Of a stretch of DNA of 25,901 nt, positions 23,472 to 25,901 are shown piece by piece (position 1 is the first letter of the stretch; each line of letters begins with the position of its first letter). This stretch comes from Octopus sinensis (Eukaryota). Where the stretch lies: the NCBI RefSeq assembly GCF_006345805.1, contig NW_021835661.1, forward strand, positions 1 to 25,901. Reading direction: 5' to 3'. The notes under the pieces were generated by a model. The model worked only from the letters and a program-made list of their open reading frames with translations, ran no database searches and was not told the DNA's origin. The position numbers and the translations under genes were made by a program.

Positions 23472-23785
23472 GTAGCCAAACCGTAGGTGTCGCTTCCGAC
23501 AATCTCTGTTCAAAGGTTTTATTTACCTAGCTTCGGTGGAATACATCCACTTGTTTTCAATAATAGAAATATAAATTACTAAGTCTCTCTAAAAAGAACA
23601 ACGGCAGCGTTCCGGAAAATATTATTTATCGCCATACTAATATGGCATTCTTATAAAAATAAGAAAAAAGCTGACCGCTTATTAGCTCCATGAGGCCATC
23701 GCCCCAAGTTAGCTATTTGATACACAAACTGTATCCATATAACCTTTGAACAAGGAGGTCAGTCGCTCCGCACTACTTGGCCGCA

Positions 23786-23827
23786 GCTACAGACGCGTTT
23801 CGGGGTATTGCCCCTTTTCAATGCAGC
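23786..23827 (-). ncRNA. Hammerhead ribozyme B3 (intact)
   Basis: Minus strand reads gctgca TTGAAAA gggg caata cccc GAAA cgcGTC tgtagc. Confidence 0.87.
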
Positions 23828-24062
23828 GTAGCCAAACCAGTAGGTGTCGCTTCCGACAATCTTGTTCAAGGTTTTTATTTGAATGCCATATTAGTATGGC
23901 GATAAATATATTTTCCGGGAACGCTGCCGTTGTTCTCTTTAGAGAGACTTAGTAATTTTAATATTTCTATTATTGAAAACAAGTGGATGTATTCCACCGA
24001 AGCTAGGTAAATAAAACCTTTGAACAGAGATTGTCGGAAGCGACACCTACTGGTTTGGCTAC

Positions 24063-24103
24063 GCTGCATTGAAAAGGGGCAATCCCCGAAACGCGTCTGT
24101 AGC
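24063..24103 (+). ncRNA. Hammerhead ribozyme B4, predicted cleavage after 24097
   Basis: gctgca TTGAAAA gggg caat cccc GAAA cgcGTC tgtagc. Confidence 0.87.
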
Positions 24104-24356
24104 TGCCGGCCAAGTAGTGTGGAGCGACTGACCTCCCTTGTTCAAAGGTTATATGGATACAGTTTGTGTATCAAATAGCTAACTTGGGGCGATGGCCTCA
24201 TGGAGCTAATAAGCGGTCACTTTTTCTTATTTTTATAAGATGCCATATTAGTATGGCGATAACTATTATTTTTCCGGGAACGCTGCCGTTGTTCTCTTTT
24301 AGAGAGACTTAGTAATTTATATATTTCTATTAAATATATATATAGATATATATATA

Positions 24357-25901
24357 GGCAGGCATCAGTCTTCTCGAGAGGCCATGGATCTGCGCCCCAA
24401 GAAATCGTGTCAGCTGCTGATGGTGGTGCAGCATCTGTTATAGGGCTCACGCAGAGTGGCAGTGACTTATACACCGGTTGCATTTGAAGAGCTCTCTGCC
24501 GGCGCTCCTGAATTTTCCTTCCGTCGAGTGCGTTTTTCTTTGGTGGCGAGTTCCTTCCGCTTTCTTCATCCCCTTTTGCAGTATTTGTCTTCAGTGTGGG
24601 CAATCATTTGCAACCTTAACCCATCTCAGGACGACCAGATCAAGCGATTTTATATCCCTTTAACAGACGTCCTTGAAACGAAGATGAGATCGTTCTCCTG
24701 CTCAGGCGCCGGTGGCCAATTCCCCATACGGGAGTCTTTTGAGATCCTTCTGTCTGGCATGAGACGTACATGACCAAGCCAACGCAAACGACGCTGCTGG
24801 AGCAGGGTGAGTATGCTGGGTATCTTGGCTCAGTTGAGGACTTCGGTAATGTGGTCAGCCCACTTGATATCCAAGATGCGTCTCAAATTACGAAAGTGAA
24901 AGACGTTGAGACGCCGTTCCTGTCTGGAGTAGAGATTCCACGTCTCACTACCATAAAGTAGCGTAATAAGGACGCACGACCTATAAACAGCAATCTTGGT
25001 GTTTGCAGCCAGATTTTTGTTTTCTCAGACTCTCTTTGTGAGCCTGGCAAATGTGGAGGATGCTTGTCCGATTCGCCTGTTGATCTCAGGGTCCAGAGAG
25101 AGGTAATCAGCGATGCTAGAACCGAGATAGGTGAATTGATGGACTACCTCCAGCTTGTTGACGGTAATGGTAAAGGCATGGGGCGATTGACACGTTGGCC
25201 CATTACTTGGGTCTTTTTCAGACTGATAGACAGACTGAATCCCTGACAGACCTTTGAAAGTTTGTCCACGAGGTGTTGCATTTGCTCGTCAGGGTGCGCT
25301 GTCAGTGCTGCATCGTTCGCGAACAGCGTTTCTCTGATGAGTGCTTGGCGAACCCTGGATTTTGTTTTCAAAATCTGGCAAAACCTGGCGAACTCTGGAT
25401 TTTGATTTTGTCGACAGACTAAACAGTTTGCCTCTTGATCTGGTGTGGAGGTGAACACCATCAGTTGATGTCCCAAATGCATGTTTCAGCTTGACTGCAA
25501 AGAAGATGCCAAACATGGTCAAGGCAAGCACATGGCCTTGCTTCACATCGCTACGTATGTTGAAAGCCTCCGAAAAGAACCATCAAATTGAACGACGCCT
25601 TTCATGTCCGCGTGAAATGATTGGACAATCCTAAGGAGTCTTGGGGGGCAGCCAATCTTGAAAAGGATTTTGAACAGGCCATCTTTGATGACTATGCCAA
25701 AAACCTTTATGAGATCGATGAAGGTGATAAAGAATGGTTGCCTTTGCTCTCGGCACTTCTCCTGTAGCTGTTGGCGAGAGAAGATCAAGTCGATGGTGGT
25801 GGGTTTTGATCGGAAACCGCACTGAGATTCGGGTATCCTCTCAGCGATTTCTCTGTAAGCCTGTTTAGGGACACGCGGTCAAAATCCTTCCCAGCGATGC
25901 T
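24357..25901 (-). mobile_element. RTE-clade LINE, 3' portion (RT domain to 3' end), degenerate and cut by the window edge
   Basis: SQCGFR..TTIDLIFSRQQLQEKCREQ, FIDL..V...GLFKILFKIGCPP, VKQGHVLALTMFGIFF, LFANDAAL, ISLKKTQVM, FTYLGS and downstream RLRWLGHV. Ends in (TGCC)2 followed by (TA)n. Confidence 0.9.

Larger units (their letters stand above)
17531..24332. mobile_element. Retrozyme-like array B: ~358-bp unit, about 2.75 units on minus (17531-17766 plus 23139-23880) and about 1.26 units on plus (23881-24332), interrupted by the Tx1 LINE
   Basis: gacaatc recurs at 23139, 23498 and 23855 (periods 359 and 357). Inversion junction at 23880/23881. Four hammerhead motifs. (AT)n flanks. Alignable end to end with array A. 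Confidence 0.9.

Noticed and set aside
23139-23880. Regularly spaced repeats as a CRISPR array or plain satellite
   Set aside because: The whole ~358-bp unit repeats with no unique spacers, the context is eukaryotic, and each unit contains a hammerhead.

Overview
AT-rich, microsatellite-rich eukaryotic DNA made almost entirely of nested transposable elements. No host gene is evident. The SINE families look like those I recall from octopus genomes, which is an inference and not a database result. Recognisable elements are a full-length mariner (429-1722), an internally deleted hAT/hATm-like element (8431-9700), a 4.4-kb intron-containing hAT (11668-16039), a non-autonomous Helitron (16703-17077), several tRNA-derived SINEs, a full-length L1/Tx1-clade LINE (17767-23121, minus) and the 3' part of an RTE LINE (24357-end, minus). 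The main signal is non-coding. Two homologous arrays of ~360-bp units (2436-3262; 17531-24332) each carry a minimal type I hammerhead ribozyme with a U3-A8 core variant and compensatory stem changes, consistent with non-LTR retrozymes. Both arrays have a divergent tandem-plus-inverted layout inside (AT)n tracts. The Tx1 LINE sits inside one retrozyme unit with a 17-bp target-site duplication and is co-oriented with hammerheads on both sides. This suggests a retrozyme-targeting LINE whose RNA could be cut out by the host ribozymes as a ~5.7-kb unit. A third, degenerate ~348-bp retrozyme-like unit lies in the hAT intron.
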